The notes beneath the pieces were generated by a model. The model had not been told where the DNA came from and searched no databases. It saw only the letters and a program-made list of their open reading frames with translations. DNA of 57,487 nt, filler included, from Sphacelaria rigidula (lineage: Eukaryota), in the NCBI GenBank assembly GCA_964200075.2. It is 7 parts of 7 records of this genome, joined end to end, with 100 filler letters (N's around TTAATTAATTAA, not from the genome) between each part and the next. Parts side by side here need not be neighbours in the genome. Positions count along the whole stretch, not along the records: positions 24,683 to 32,809 come from CAXNAA020012201.1; positions 32,910 to 41,035 come from CAXNAA020012202.1; 5 more parts are not named here. One strand, given 5' to 3'. Position numbers and translations under genes: made by a program. Shown here piece by piece: positions 25,241 through 37,570 of this stretch; the stretch's first letter is position 1; every line of letters starts with the position of its first letter.

Positions 25241-25599
25241 CTGAGTCGTAAGGGCGGGCGGATGCGCAGGGAACAGTGGATGATGAAAGGGGATTTTCAT
25301 GAGGCGTCGGTCAAAACCACTTCGCAGAAAGAACCGCGGAAATAAAAAAGAAGAGACGTACGTGAATAGGCCAGGGGTACGACCATGAAAGCAGGTTAGA
25401 TCGTTATTACGCCGGGAATGGGGTCACTCTCTGGCTGCGTTTCGCAGCATGATCGCAACTTTTCTTGCCGGGGTTTTCCAAGCCACGATATGACAGCACG
25501 GTGGCAAATCTTCTGCTAAACGGCACGCAACCGGCATACGAAAGATGCATATCGCAGGGGTCGTTGTGACTTTCATCCCAGGAGCTATACCCCCCCCGC

Positions 25600-26750
25600 C
25601 GCCGATCGCAGACCAGTATGCATACCTTGGCATACAGATACACGAAAACTGTTGTTGGGATGGACACAGTGGTGAAGCAGCAGGGAAGGGTGAGGAACAG
25701 ATGAACAAGACGGACGTGATGCTACGACTACGAGACTCGCAACTCGATATTAGGATTCAGAGATGTCTTCTGATGAGGGTGACTGTAACGAACCTGGATT
25801 ATGCCGAGGTGCGGTAATGGAAAGCGGAATTGGTGAAGCAGCTTGAAACATTACAGATGACAGCAGCTACAAGAATGGTTGGATGCTCAAAAACGACGAG
25901 TGATACAATGGTGAGAGAATAAATTGGGAAAATACCCACTTGAGCAAAACAGACACATGAGAAAGTTTGAGATGACAATATCAAATGGGGGAAAATGCCA
26001 AGAATGCAAGTGCCCGCCTTAGTTCATATGGCTGTAAGGAAAAAGTGACGAAAGGGCAGGCTGGAATAAGGTGAAATAGCGTAGTCGAGAAAGAATGAAA
26101 GGACATGGGAGGGAACCGAGACGAAATAAATCAGTGTCCATGGGTGAACGTGGGGGGTTCAAGACGAAAGCACGAGGAGTGATGAAAATAAAGGTAAATA
26201 CAGCGCTGAAAAAAAGTGGAGGAAGAGCACTTGACGGTGTACGTGGGGGTTGAGAGAAGGGATGGAGATGAAAACATCTCTGCAAAGCCCGACGGACTAA
26301 GCGTCAAATTAAAAACTACGATTTCGGGTGGGTAACCCGGACCCGTCATAGAGAAAAAAGGAGGTACACCAATATTCGGGCAAAGGAGAGAGTAGATGCA
26401 CTTGATTGCCCCCGTGGCAAAGCAAATCCCATATAGCGAGAGAATGCGAACTTTATAATGGAAACGGAACGTCTGAGAGGGGCAAATGTGGGAAGTACAC
26501 GAAGGTGGCATGAAATCGTTCGGTACATTGGACGAAAGCGAGAGAACGATGGCCATTCTAGGAGATGCATGGTGGCCACAGACGACGAAACAAGATGGGA
26601 TTAAGATGTGTAAAATATTCTTGTGTCATTTATGGAAGAAACGTAACAGGTGCCGGAATGTTGAAGGTGTCTCTACTAGGACTAAAGGAGGGGTTGTGTC
26701 TTGAGAGGGATGCGTGGTCACTGGCCTTGTGATGAGTACGCCTCCGACCC
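25600..26750 (+). mobile_element. Decayed LINE 3' half inside PreP intron 1 (antisense to the gene)
   Basis: Colinear with 48415-49261 (YLG, LETLQM, CPRGK zinc-knuckle remnant), continues through LWKKRN and ends gatgagtacg plus a C-rich tract. Confidence 0.85.
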
Positions 26751-27642
26751 CTGCCCCTCCCCGTTTGAGAGCAAACTGCAGGTTTGTCATGAAAATTTTT
26801 AAACCGTGGACAGTATATGGTGAATGGATTCAATATACCGAAAATGTACCAGAATAAGTATCGTCGATCGACGATGCGGATTTTCATAAACGTCTTCGAG
26901 CCGAACACGGATTCTTCACAGCGTAAGCGATGCGAAGGCATCAACTTTCCCCGGAAAATAACCTGACATGGCTGTGATGTGGTGCAGGATAACAGTGTCA
27001 TGCGTAGCAAGTCCCCCCAGTCATCAGGCCCACGAACAACCGTAATACGCACCGACACACCTTCATGGTATAGTGGAGGCACTGAGCCCTGCATGGCCGA
27101 TCCTAGGATTGAGTGCTCTTGAAAACATCCTCGGACAGACGAATGTGTTTGAAAATAAGCCCCTCCTATGAAGGCTGCTAAAGCAACCACTCCTCGGCCG
27201 TTGGCGTGAGAATCGAAACGCCTCTTGGCTCTCCCGCCAAAAAAATGCCGTGGTGCCTCATACCGAGCTCATACGAGTTGTCGATGCTTCGTTCGTGCTA
27301 ACTGGAAACAGGCGCTTCACGACGCTTCGAACACCATCCTCACGTGTACAGAAAAATGGGCATGTGACTCATGACGGATGCGAGTGTAATTAATTTCGAT
27401 CAGTGCACACTGGTGTGCGAATAGCCGTGTGTTGTGCGGATGAACATCGACCCTCAGTGTTTGGGTAACGAGCAAGAAGAACCAACTAGTTCACGTCGAG
27501 ACGTACCTTGCTGCAACACGAAACGCCTCGTCGAGTTGTGTTACACCCAGCCAGATTTCGCGCCAGTTTCACCTTCTACAGAGTTCACCCGGCATTTCTT
27601 GTTCGAGGAAGGGATTTCAGAACCACCCCCCCTGATTGGTCT

Positions 27643-27666
27643 ATAGCATATATGATTATGAGTACA
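27643..27666 (+). mobile_element. 24-nt family B 3'-end insertion with a 15-bp duplication
   Basis: atagcatatatgattatgagtaca is flanked by CCCCCTGATTGGTCT at 27628-27642 and 27667-27681. Confidence 0.75.
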
Positions 27667-28433
27667 CCCCCTGATTGGTCTCTACACCCCACTGGCTTTC
27701 GAGGAACCGCGCCGCATTTTGTGCGCCACGCGGGAACGGTCACAGCCCACTCTGACGCAGTGTCGTGATAATATGTCAAGTGTACGCTCCGTACATGGCG
27801 TCTCGCGAAGTCAGCCGCAATAACGTTCGTCAATCCCAACTAACTGCCCCGTGTGTAACAGGAACAGGTCCTCATCTGACTGCCCCGTGCGTATTTCGCT
27901 GAGGTGGCACGACTTGTACTGTACTGTCACCGCATCACTGTCTGATATTCTTGTCCACACTACTGTCTGTCGTGGCGAAAAGATCATACTGTGTGCGAGG
28001 GTATATTAGGTTAAGTTGTTTTCAAGTTTGTATAGCTGTTGATACGAGTATTATGAAAAGTGTGGAGTACCTATGATATCTGGTGTCTGCGATGGAACAG
28101 ATGTGTGCAGTACATTTAATACTCACTATAGGGACAAATGAAAGATTGAGTCAAGGGGTAAGAGCAGCCGTCACGACAAGACACATGATCGACACCAGGC
28201 ACCGAGAAGCACCACACAGCAGCATACAGAACTTGGCACGACCAGTGCACGCACAAAACTCCACGCGACTAATTGAACCAGAAGCACCGTGTTAGTGCGT
28301 TATCATTTTACCCCCTGCGAATACCTGCAGCTTTACCCCGCACAGCGTACACTATCAATTGCAGGGCGGACGAGGGGGACAACTTGCACTAGCCGCGAGA
28401 AACAATAGCCCGCATCTAGAGCACGTGACACAC

Positions 28434-28946
28434 CTTATTATCATCGTCGATCTGGACGCTGAGCACCTCCGCGCCCGACTTCAGATGCTTGTACAGCGTA
28501 GTGGTCGCCCCGTACTCCGACACAAAATCCTCCTCCACCACCTCGTAGGCGGGGTGTACAGGCGAGTCTTTCTTGCTCACGGACAAAGAGGGCGAACTCT
28601 GCGCCGCCGCAGCCGACATCATCACTGTACTGGCCCACCTGGAATTTCTAGCTGCCCCCGCAGCCGACGCCCTGGTTGCCGCAGCCCCGCCGTGGCTGGT
28701 GGCTAGAGAGGGGGCAGTGTTGCCGAGGAATGCTAACAGGCTGCGTCGCGAGCCGCTCGACCCCCCCACTGCTCGAGATGATGAGCCTACGCGTCTCAGT
28801 GCTGACGATATCATGGCGAAGCCGTCAGCTGAGTTGGTTGCTGGAAATAGGCTCGGCAACCACCGACCGCCGCCGCCGATACCTGGGATTTGTCCACCTC
28901 CGCCTAAGGACGCTACTAGCAGCAGCGACAGTTTACAGCTCGGCAT
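28434..28946 (-). CDS. PREP: Presequence protease exon 1 with N-terminal targeting extension
   Basis: Ends HPAYEVVEEDFVSEYGATTTLYKHLKSGAEVLSVQIDDDNK|GT, the typical PreP N-terminal region, and splices in phase 0 to VFGVTFRT. In-frame ATGs at 28946 and 28814. Confidence 0.93.
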
Positions 28947-29660
28947 AAGTACTCTTCGCCCTGCCAGATTATGTGCAGTCGTGTGTGACTTCCAGAAAAA
29001 ACGCCCGCTTATGGTGCGGACCGAACCCTCCCGGCTTGTATGTGAGGTACGGGCGGAACGGGGAACCACAGCGCGTGCTTCAATGGGGTGTGCCAACGCA
29101 GAGATTTTTTATGATATCATTGAGGTCATTTTCCATTTTCGAGCAGATACATTACAAAATCCTTGAAGTTAAAGCTTGACCATCAAACGTACGCACAATT
29201 CTGCGGTATAGTAGTAGATTTTTCCTAAATATATGGTAAGAATTTCACAGGGAGATTCTCTAATCCCTAGCATCTTGCTCGTTTCGCTTCTTTACAAGTA
29301 CTCGACTCAACAGAGTCAGTCCTGAGTACACCAGTATCCAGTATTCAGTATTCATCTTCCAATAAATAATAGCAACGTAGTTACGCGTGGCAGTTTTTCA
29401 TCGCCTGTTTACCCGCGCTGGAAGCAAACAGAAAAGAGGCAGTAGTTTCGAGACTTCGTCTGTCCGAGACAGGCGCTGCACTCTATCTCTGTGCGTCCGC
29501 CTTCGACTGGAAGGACCAATCGGGATTGGCTATTTCGATTCACTTGCTTGGTGCCGGTAGTTGTGGAGGCTTCCCAGCTTCTGCACTGAGTGTTGTACAA
29601 GGAGTGGCAGGGGGTGTCTGTTTCACGCGTTGTATTCGACGTTGACCCTCAATCTGCGTC

Positions 29661-29717
29661 ATGAGGCGGACGCTGACCCTGGCTGCTTTGGCGGCCGCTG
29701 GCTATCGTCTTGATGTG
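29661..29717 (+). CDS. Possible first exon of a gene divergent from PreP
   Basis: gtcATG, then MRRTLTLAALAAAGYRLDV (signal-like), followed by a GTGAG donor. No downstream exon identified. Confidence 0.4.
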
Positions 29718-30922
29718 GTGAGAGCCAAGCGTGTTAGACACCCAACGAGTTCATGACCTTTATCTCTTATCCACGGAAGGCAGCGCTATTTCGTGCGTAG
29801 TCCGCGCTTCAGCGAGCGTTTTCGCTACATGCACCCCAGAGTAGCGAAAACATGCACATTTGGGGTTTTCATGAGCGTGACACCTCGGTAAGATCAGGCT
29901 CCACCCTCAAACTCTACACTACTATACTAAATTTAGTAGCCGTTGCCTGTTCTGTGTCGGCATCTGTTTGGTGCTGCCGCGTTGTCACCGCGTTCTCCCA
30001 ATCCCAATGCTTGTGGTCATGTTTCGGTTTTTGATCGTGTGGAGTGCTTGGTGGTATCGCGACAGGCTGTAGAAGCTGGGGTGAATGAGAGTTATTCTGC
30101 GGCCATTAGGCGTGGTTTGTACAAGACATGCGCCTCTGACTTTTGGATCTACTCTCTCTCACATGCGGAGGTTCAACCTACAGATCAATCTTGGGTTCGC
30201 CTGCTGCCTGCCTGTGTGCGTGCGTGTACAACTTGAAAATGTCTTTGCTCATGATCGCACATGTTACCGAGTTCTCACATACATGATTTGCTCCTGAGAT
30301 TGAAACTTTGGCCAGTTCAGGGAAAAGTATATTGTAAGATTTGTGGCGCCTGGTTTTGAGCAGCTGAACAAATTCTATCATCGAAGGTCGGTGCAATTTT
30401 GTGATCCTCATCACCCCAACGCAGTAGTGATGAATGTGGGCCTTCCCTGCCCCTCCGATCTAGTCACACATGACCAGTCCTGGAAACGGTACTCGCAGTC
30501 GGTATACAAACACCATTTGTCCACAATACCAACGATGTGCCCACCAGTTGAAACGCATACAACAGTACATGTCAGCGCATCGGGAGGTGCGTTTCCATGA
30601 TACACTGCACCGCACAACCCCATGTCAGAAAGCATGAGTGTGGAAAGAGCAGGCGGCAGAAGCCACAAGCCCCCAACGTTTTAATTTGTAGCACCGGGTT
30701 CATGAAGTGTTGCTTTCCGTTCAACACATACACCTATGGATCACACCGATAGCATCCCCCAAAAGGCCGGGAGACCTTTCCACTACTCACTATTTCATGA
30801 CTTGAAGTTGTTGGGGGACGTTCACATTCGCCGACTGAGTTTGGCTAAAGTAGTCAGAATTCGTTGTTGTTGTATTTTTTTAGTTTTCTGGACTACAATT
30901 CTTCAATTCTTCACCACTACTT

Positions 30923-31430
30923 GAAAGTGCTAGCGCCAATAGATTTAGGGACAAAGCGTAGGCCGCGCTTGAACTGCAGTCCTTAAGTTGGTGTTTTCGG
31001 GGCGATACGGACTTGATACCCTGTTTATCAGGAGGGTGTTATTGACCTTTTAGGTCCAATATAAGCAGTTTTCCCGCTCTACAGCGACGAAACGGTGTAT
31101 ATTCAGATAAATAAAAACGTATAAAATTATTCACAATAACGATCGAAATCGTTTTTTCCTCCTACACTGCACAGACCTCAGCCTAGCATTTTCTGCGGAT
31201 GGCCTATTTTCGGGGGGTTTTCGCATAGAATATTTTCCATGAGCACTCGAAAGTGCTAGCATCGATAGTTTTGGCAAAAAAAGTAAAACGTGTTCAAATC
31301 ACAATCGCCTGAATTGGTGTTGTGGGTTCGATACCGGGTAAAGACCCCGTTTATCAGGAGGGTGTTATTGACCGTAAATGGTCCAAGAAACATAGTTGTC
31401 CCGCGTTAGCGCAGTGACTAGATGGAATTT
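30923..31430 (+). repeat. Diverged tandem duplication, period ~327 bp
   Basis: gaaagtgctagc and gtttatcaggagggtgttattgacc each occur twice, about 327 bp apart. Confidence 0.75.
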
Positions 31431-32044
31431 AAAAATAACAAACCTTTTTGATTCTTCACGCATGTAAATCCGGATCGAGTCGGTCCACCGAAAATACCGA
31501 AAAGGTAGAGCCTGCGGTCGTATTTTCGCAGGACTCCCGAAGATCGGTCAAGCCTGTAAGTCACTCATTATTGATCGCGGATAATTTTTCTTTCCACATT
31601 TGTCATAAGGATTGAAATATCTCCGGATACTCATTTTTTGGCATCCAACAGTAACTGTGATGAGCGNNNNNNNNNNAAAACAAATTTGGACAATCTTTGA
31701 GAAACTAAGAAATTACGGATTCTGCATACTTTTGATGCTGACTACTGTACCCCCGGATGCGCTGGCATGTACGAGCAACAAGCGGTCTGTTCAAATCAAG
31801 AGGGTAGACCGGTAAAGCGCTGTTCGAGCGGCGTTTATCATGATTTTGCTCTGCACTTTTCAAGAAGACCGTAGAGATGGGTTCGTAGATCATGGATCCC
31901 TCGCCACACAGAGCACGGCACGCAAAAACTGGTGGCATTGCTGGAGAGGCCCATGAGCTCACCTGCCTATCGCACCCTACTGTTGTAGATCTGCACTCTG
32001 AGATATTGAAAATGTCGAAGTGCACTTGGTAATCACGCCTTGTT

Positions 32045-32295
32045 CATCAGTGGAGAGGGACTATGTTTTGAGTGTACAAATTTCAACTTCACGGTCGACG
32101 AGGGGAAGGAATCGCTGAACTTCCTTTCTCGTGGAAGAAGAATGAGGCAACCACCGCAGAAGGAAAGGGGAGTACTAAAAAAGACAAACTCCTGTTGTTG
32201 GCCGTACTTTTGTGTGACCCCGGCTGATGCGCCCACATATGCCGAAAGGTGTAAACTGACGTCCGGAATATATGAGATGGCAACACACAACACAC
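32045..32295 (+). mobile_element. SINE family 2, 5'-truncated copy
   Basis: cagtggagag..acggtcgacgaggggaagg..tgtgtgaccccggctg..gatggcaacacacaacac. Confidence 0.8.
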
Positions 32296-32676
32296 GTAGT
32301 GGAAAGTGAGGTGTTCAAGCTAACACCAAAGCTTTCGCCGCGAGTTTTGAAAGTACTGCACAAAAGGATAGTCAATCCTTGTGCAGGCGAAGACTCCGAG
32401 CGTGGTGTCCAAAATGTGGGGAGCGTTGCCCGTCTTGCTCATGTTCTTTTTCATGTTCGCAAATCCCCTACTGAACAATCGATCCTCTGGAGTAACTTGG
32501 AAACGATGCGCGCGAAATTTGGTACACTGGATATTGTAAATAGATACACTGGATACCCCGTTGCAAGAGCACAGAGGAGCTGTCGTGCAGGTGTCGCCTG
32601 CCCGTCGTGGTCTAGAAAAGCCATACCTACGATTTCGTCAGTCTAATCGTGGAAACCCTCCCCCGCAGCAACAGCC

Positions 32677-32743
32677 ATGCTCCATGTCGAAAGGGATGGG
32701 TAGTCACCGGTCAAACGACTAAGGCAAGCAACAAATGAGTACA
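32677..32743 (+). mobile_element. LINE family A 3' end followed by a C-rich tract
   Basis: cgaaagggatg...ggtcaaacgactaaggcaagcaacaaatgagtaca, then C-runs. Confidence 0.8.
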
Positions 32744-32809
32744 CCCCCCCCCCTCCCCCCCCTCCCCCCCCTCCGGCGGTTGGAGGATTTTTTCTTTAGA
32801 TTAAGAAAC

Positions 32810-32909
32810 NNNNNNNNNNNNNNNNNNNNNNNNNNNNNNNNNNNNNNNNNNNNTTAATTAATTAANNNNNNNNNNNNNNNNNNNNNNNNNNNNNNNNNNN
32901 NNNNNNNNN
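32810..32909. other. Artificial contig-join spacer
   Basis: N44-TTAATTAATTAA-N44. Confidence 0.99.
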
Positions 32910-34485
32910 CCCCCCCATCATCCTACAGGGAAGGCCAAGATAGCGGCGAAATGTCTGCGAGGTGGCCCATTTCATGATCTCTTCGAAGTCCTCCCTGGTC
33001 ATCATTTTGCCGGATTTCACCTCTTCACGCCGCTCGTGCTGGCCGCAAAATCTTAACGAGATGAAGAGGAGTCGCTACCCGAGCGCGAGTGTGAGCCTAT
33101 GACGGCTTCGCGTTTGCTTGTGCTGACGGTGCTGCGGAAGATCGTGTCGATTCGCTCCGCTGAGGCGGGACGGAGAGGTATGCGGCAACCATCATTGTTA
33201 CACGAGTCATAAGACAGCCCGCAAAATGACGGGTCTATCGTCATGTATAACGGGTGGGTACGGTCAGTACTGTTATTCTCGCTTGATATCCATTTAGTTT
33301 TTTTTTTTACTGTGTTGGTAGATCTGGTCTGTTTGTTTCACCACACCCCGACCAACTCCGGGAGGGGGGGAGGGGGAGGGGGAACATTTTAAGTTGTTGT
33401 TTTTTTGTGTTGATTTGCTTCGTTTTCGGAGTCTCAGAAGAAGCCGCTCAAGGAGCGCTTCCATCTCATGTAAGGAATAGTAACGACGGTTCTGGAAAGG
33501 CGAGACTACGCCTGTGACGACGGGTCCGAGAGATTGGGTTAATGTGCAGGGATGAGAAGAAGAGGAAGAAGAAAGAGAGGAAGGAGAATACTGTGGGTCA
33601 AATGATGAGGGTTGATACGCACATCCACCTGTACAGATGAAACAGGTTTACCTTAGATTTCAAGTCTGACCCTCTTTACCGGATTTTTCTTACCTGTGTC
33701 ATCATTTGTTTCCGTGTTTTTCACATACGTACGTGCATGCAGTCGTAACACCATTGAAACATACATACATACGCACGCATACGCATGAGCGGTTATACGG
33801 TGGGGGTCCACATTTTTTTTCTGAGGCTCTGCACCGTCGGAGTCTCTGTATGACACACCTTGGCCTTAGAGTGCAGCCTGAGAAACCTTTTGGACTGAAA
33901 TGTGCACCCCTACCGTATAATTCGTCCCTCCCTCCCTCCCTCCCTCCCTCCCTCCCTCCCATACATACATACATACGCACATGCATACGTGCGCACATAC
34001 GTGAAAGCGCAGTGTACTTCATTTCGTGTGCACATGACACAAGATGGCGTGTCAGTTACAGACACATATGCACTGCACCGACACACACGGGCGCGGTTAC
34101 AAGAAGAGAAAGACCAAACACATGGTTGCGATATGAGCTTCCTGTTCATTAGTTGTCTATCTTGTGTATTTTCACAACCACTGTACAGTACAAACATATG
34201 TATGTGTATTATGCACTATGTTAACATGTAGCGCATGTTCTCACCTTCTTGAAGTTGTTTAAATGTTTCCTTGATCTTCTTCGCGCTGTCTGTCTAGCGC
34301 GTAAAGCTCAGCAGTGTCTGGTGACGCCCTCCCCGGCTGTGAGAGTAATATCTGACGGAGAGAGTCGTGCAACGGTAGGGAGGAGCAGCGTTGCATTCCC
34401 GTCAATCTTGAGAAAAACTTCAACGAGGGCAAAAATAATGTTGATGTCTATGTACTGTTGGTTCTTCATTGCACGGCTCATATTC

Positions 34486-34502
34486 GTGTTGTTGTTATTG
34501 TT

Positions 34503-34562
<60 letters not shown>

Positions 34563-34585
34563 ATTGTTGTTGTTGTTGTTGTTGT

Positions 34586-34625
<40 letters not shown>
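34486..34625 (+). repeat. (TTG)n/(ATG)n microsatellite
   Basis: Visible simple repeats. Confidence 0.95.
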
Positions 34626-34773
34626 CTCATCGTTGCGGTTTGCTTACGCGCGTTTTCTCTTCGAAAATTAGTGATGTTTTCGTCAATTAATTCACGGTTC
34701 GCACGAATCATACTTCATACGGGTTGACTTCCCTTGAATATTGAGTGCGAATCATGTACCAAAGCGTCATCCG

Positions 34774-35465
34774 GTATGAATCACGTATGGTAAAGTGGTA
34801 CGATTAAGGTCGTATCCCACGAACCACGAACTCGGAATGTGTGCACTTCACGTAGTGACACACGAGTAAAGAGTGCAAAATGTGTGCTACTCGCAGGTCC
34901 TGCATGAATCACTGGTGGGGAACATGTACACTGGAGTAATCTCACATGAATCACAGGTAGAGAACATGTACACCTGACCCATCTCATGTAAATGGAAGGT
35001 GGGGAACATGTACCTATGAATTATCACGCTGCATGATTGGAAATTGGGAAACATGTACGATTGGTTGATTCACCCCGTATGAATGGAAGGCGGAGAACAC
35101 ATACGGATGGTTCATGCTGCATGAACAGGAATTGCGTATCATGTACGCTCATTCACTCCTATGAATGGAAGGTGAGGAACATGTACCCATGATTCATGCT
35201 GCATGGATGGAAGGGGAGAGACATCTACCCATGATCTGCGTTGCATGAATGGGAGGAGACAAACATGTGCCTGCGATTCATACCACACGTATGGGAGGTG
35301 GGAAACGTGTACTTGCGATTCATACCATACGAATGGAAGGTAAGAAACGTGTAGCTTCCACGGTGTACCGCACGAATCACGAAGGGGGAGTATATACACT
35401 CCAAACAGTGTCGCATGAATCACGAGCCCAAAACATGTACGAAGTACAATTTGTGTACGATTCGT
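34774..35465 (+). repeat. Degenerate ~42-bp minisatellite, about 16-17 units
   Basis: Consensus approximately catgaatggaaggtggggaacatgtacccatgattcatgctg. Unit starts at 34904, 34946, 34988, 35033, 35079, 35121, 35161, 35203, 35245, 35287, 35329, 35372 and 35415. Confidence 0.85.
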
Positions 35466-36129
35466 ATGATTGATTAGTCCAAATGTTGCAATTGGGACGG
35501 ATAACTGGTTTTTTCGTCCGAACCTTGAATAAGTTTTATCGACCTCCTCGGGTAGAACGTCTACCTCGCGACCACGACTTGGACCGTAGGGGATCAGTTT
35601 GCTTGGGACCATCAATTTATGTGAGACAACTCTGTTTGTGGGACACGAATCTCGAAATGTGAGTCAGGTAATCAAGTAAAGAAAACCAATCGAATCACTC
35701 AGATCACCCAAAATCGACTAATTTTATCAAAACAATCGAATCAATCAAAACAGTTATAAACGCCATAACCCAAAGCGCTACACGTGTTTTTCACCTCTTC
35801 TATGGTGATGTTTTGCGCCTGCCAAACATCGAAAGAGCTTCTTGCTGGCAGCAGAGATATCGGATGGTGGTCCACAGGCCCGGCTGGCCAACGGGGCTCG
35901 CCGACCGGAGCCGCTTGACCTGATCATTTCGTGCGTCGTCGACTCAGTCGGTTAGCGTTTTATAATAGTTGGTTTGTTGGGCAGTTTGGTCGGCCCTTCG
36001 GTTCGTTAGCTACATATTGTAGACAAACCACGTTCATTGTGTGTATTTGCATGCGTGTGTTCACTTCAAATCATTTCTCGCCCGGAATCAATCGTTTAAG
36101 ACAACGAGAACCACCACCATCATCGTCAG

Positions 36130-36130
36130 T

Positions 36131-36212
<82 letters not shown>
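36130..36212 (+). repeat. (AAC)n(GAC)n microsatellite
   Basis: Visible simple repeat. Confidence 0.95.
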
Positions 36213-36213
<1 letters not shown>

Positions 36214-36419
36214 ATGAAAAGGCCGTAACGATAGCAATGGTGAACACCAACCTTTCGATTGACGTGTCGTGATTAGATCCGCGATCATTTTCTTTCAGGA
36301 TCACCTCGCAAGCGTTTGCCTACCTTGGTTTCCTCACTGCCTGCATGGAAAATTCATCCATTCACCATTCGTATCCAAGTATCTCACTACAATCACCATT
36401 ACTGCTATCAGTGGTGTAG

Positions 36420-36728
36420 GCCGCGCCCGGGTGGTGTAATTGTCCGACTGTCACCATTAGGATAGAGGAAATGAGTGTTCGATTCCCGACGTGTTGGGTT
36501 TTTTTTTCGAAGTATATGATTTCCACCGTGGAAAGCGTCAGTACGTGAGTGAACGAAAAAATAGGTGAGTGAGTTTATGTGACGAGAATTGACGCAGTGC
36601 GGGAGTGCTGACCCAACCCGCGAGACCTAATCCAAGGCGTGTACCGGAGAAGTGTGTTGATCCCTTTAGACCACGGACTCGTCCTGAGGAAGGGAAGGGG
36701 ATCAAAGTACGGCCATATAAATAATATA
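36420..36728 (+). mobile_element. tRNA-derived SINE family 1
   Basis: Colinear with 23563-23866, with A/B boxes and an AT-rich tail. Confidence 0.88.
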
Positions 36729-37420
36729 TCAAAATGTATCGGCCTACAGTTCCAACCCATATGCAAGGGGAAACGGACGTACACAGCTAGCTTATCTTGA
36801 GGTGGGGGCACAGCAAGTGCAAGCCCTCGATCGTTTCGGAGTCAGCTGGAACGGTGCCCAGGATCGTCAAGGAACTCGAAGCCAGGAAGAAATGAAGTGC
36901 TCAGAGCTGACTGCCTTTCTGGCAGTGATTATGGGTCTCTCTGTGACCAAGCGACTTACGCCCTATTTGCCCACGGTTGAGCGAAATCAAGCAATTTGAG
37001 GGGTCAAATCGATCACGGCTTAGCGCCGAGGCCCGAGTTCGAACTCGGAGAAAGAAGAAATTGAGTGCTCAGGGCTGTTCGCCCGCCTGGCAGTGAGTAT
37101 CGGTCTCTGTAACCTAGTGCTGATGCCTCTTAACTTGTACAGTGTTGAGAGAAAACAAGCGGTTTGATTACTCAAATATAGCCCAGAGCTCAGCGCTCAG
37201 ACCTGACCACGAAGCTGATATTAGCTGAAAAACGGTTCCCAACGTCTTTCCACACGTAAAGTCGTTCCATGAAGTAGACCACGCGTTCAATCGATTTACT
37301 TCAGAGAGTTTGTATTCGGTTCAGACACGACGCTTGACAAATAGCAAGCGGTAATATCAGGACTGCTAGCAGCATGGAGTGACACCTCGTTCAAACTGCC
37401 ACGGTCGAACAGAAGGGGGA

Positions 37421-37570
37421 GGGCGTGTACTCATGATTCTGCATGCCCGTAAGCACAAGGCCATTGACCTCGCATCGCTGCAAAGCCGGGGCGGAGAACG
37501 CCGGGTTTCCGCCGGACCAGGCTCGCACTCAATCATCAAGACAGCGAAGCGCCGTGATGAGTTCGGCGGA
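37421..37570 (-). mobile_element. Retroposon family B 3' region
   Basis: Minus strand reads ...gatgcgaggtcaatggccttgtgcttacgggcatgcagaatcatgagtacacgccctccccc. Confidence 0.7.

Noticed and set aside
28116-28134. T7-promoter-like ttaatactcactataggga
   Set aside because: It lacks three central bases of TAATACGACTCACTATAGGG and has no adjacent vector sequence, so it is probably chance.
28947-29096. Longer PreP N-terminus given by the ORF track
   Set aside because: It starts at a TTG, not an ATG. The first in-frame ATG is at 28946.
34249-34727. PolyL/polyV/polyT ORFs (also 22844-23120, 35931-36304 and 38128-38652)
   Set aside because: These are microsatellite read-through with no splice signals or domain content.
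34774-35465. CRISPR array
   Set aside because: The repeats are highly degenerate, the short linkers resemble each other, there are no cas genes and the context is eukaryotic.
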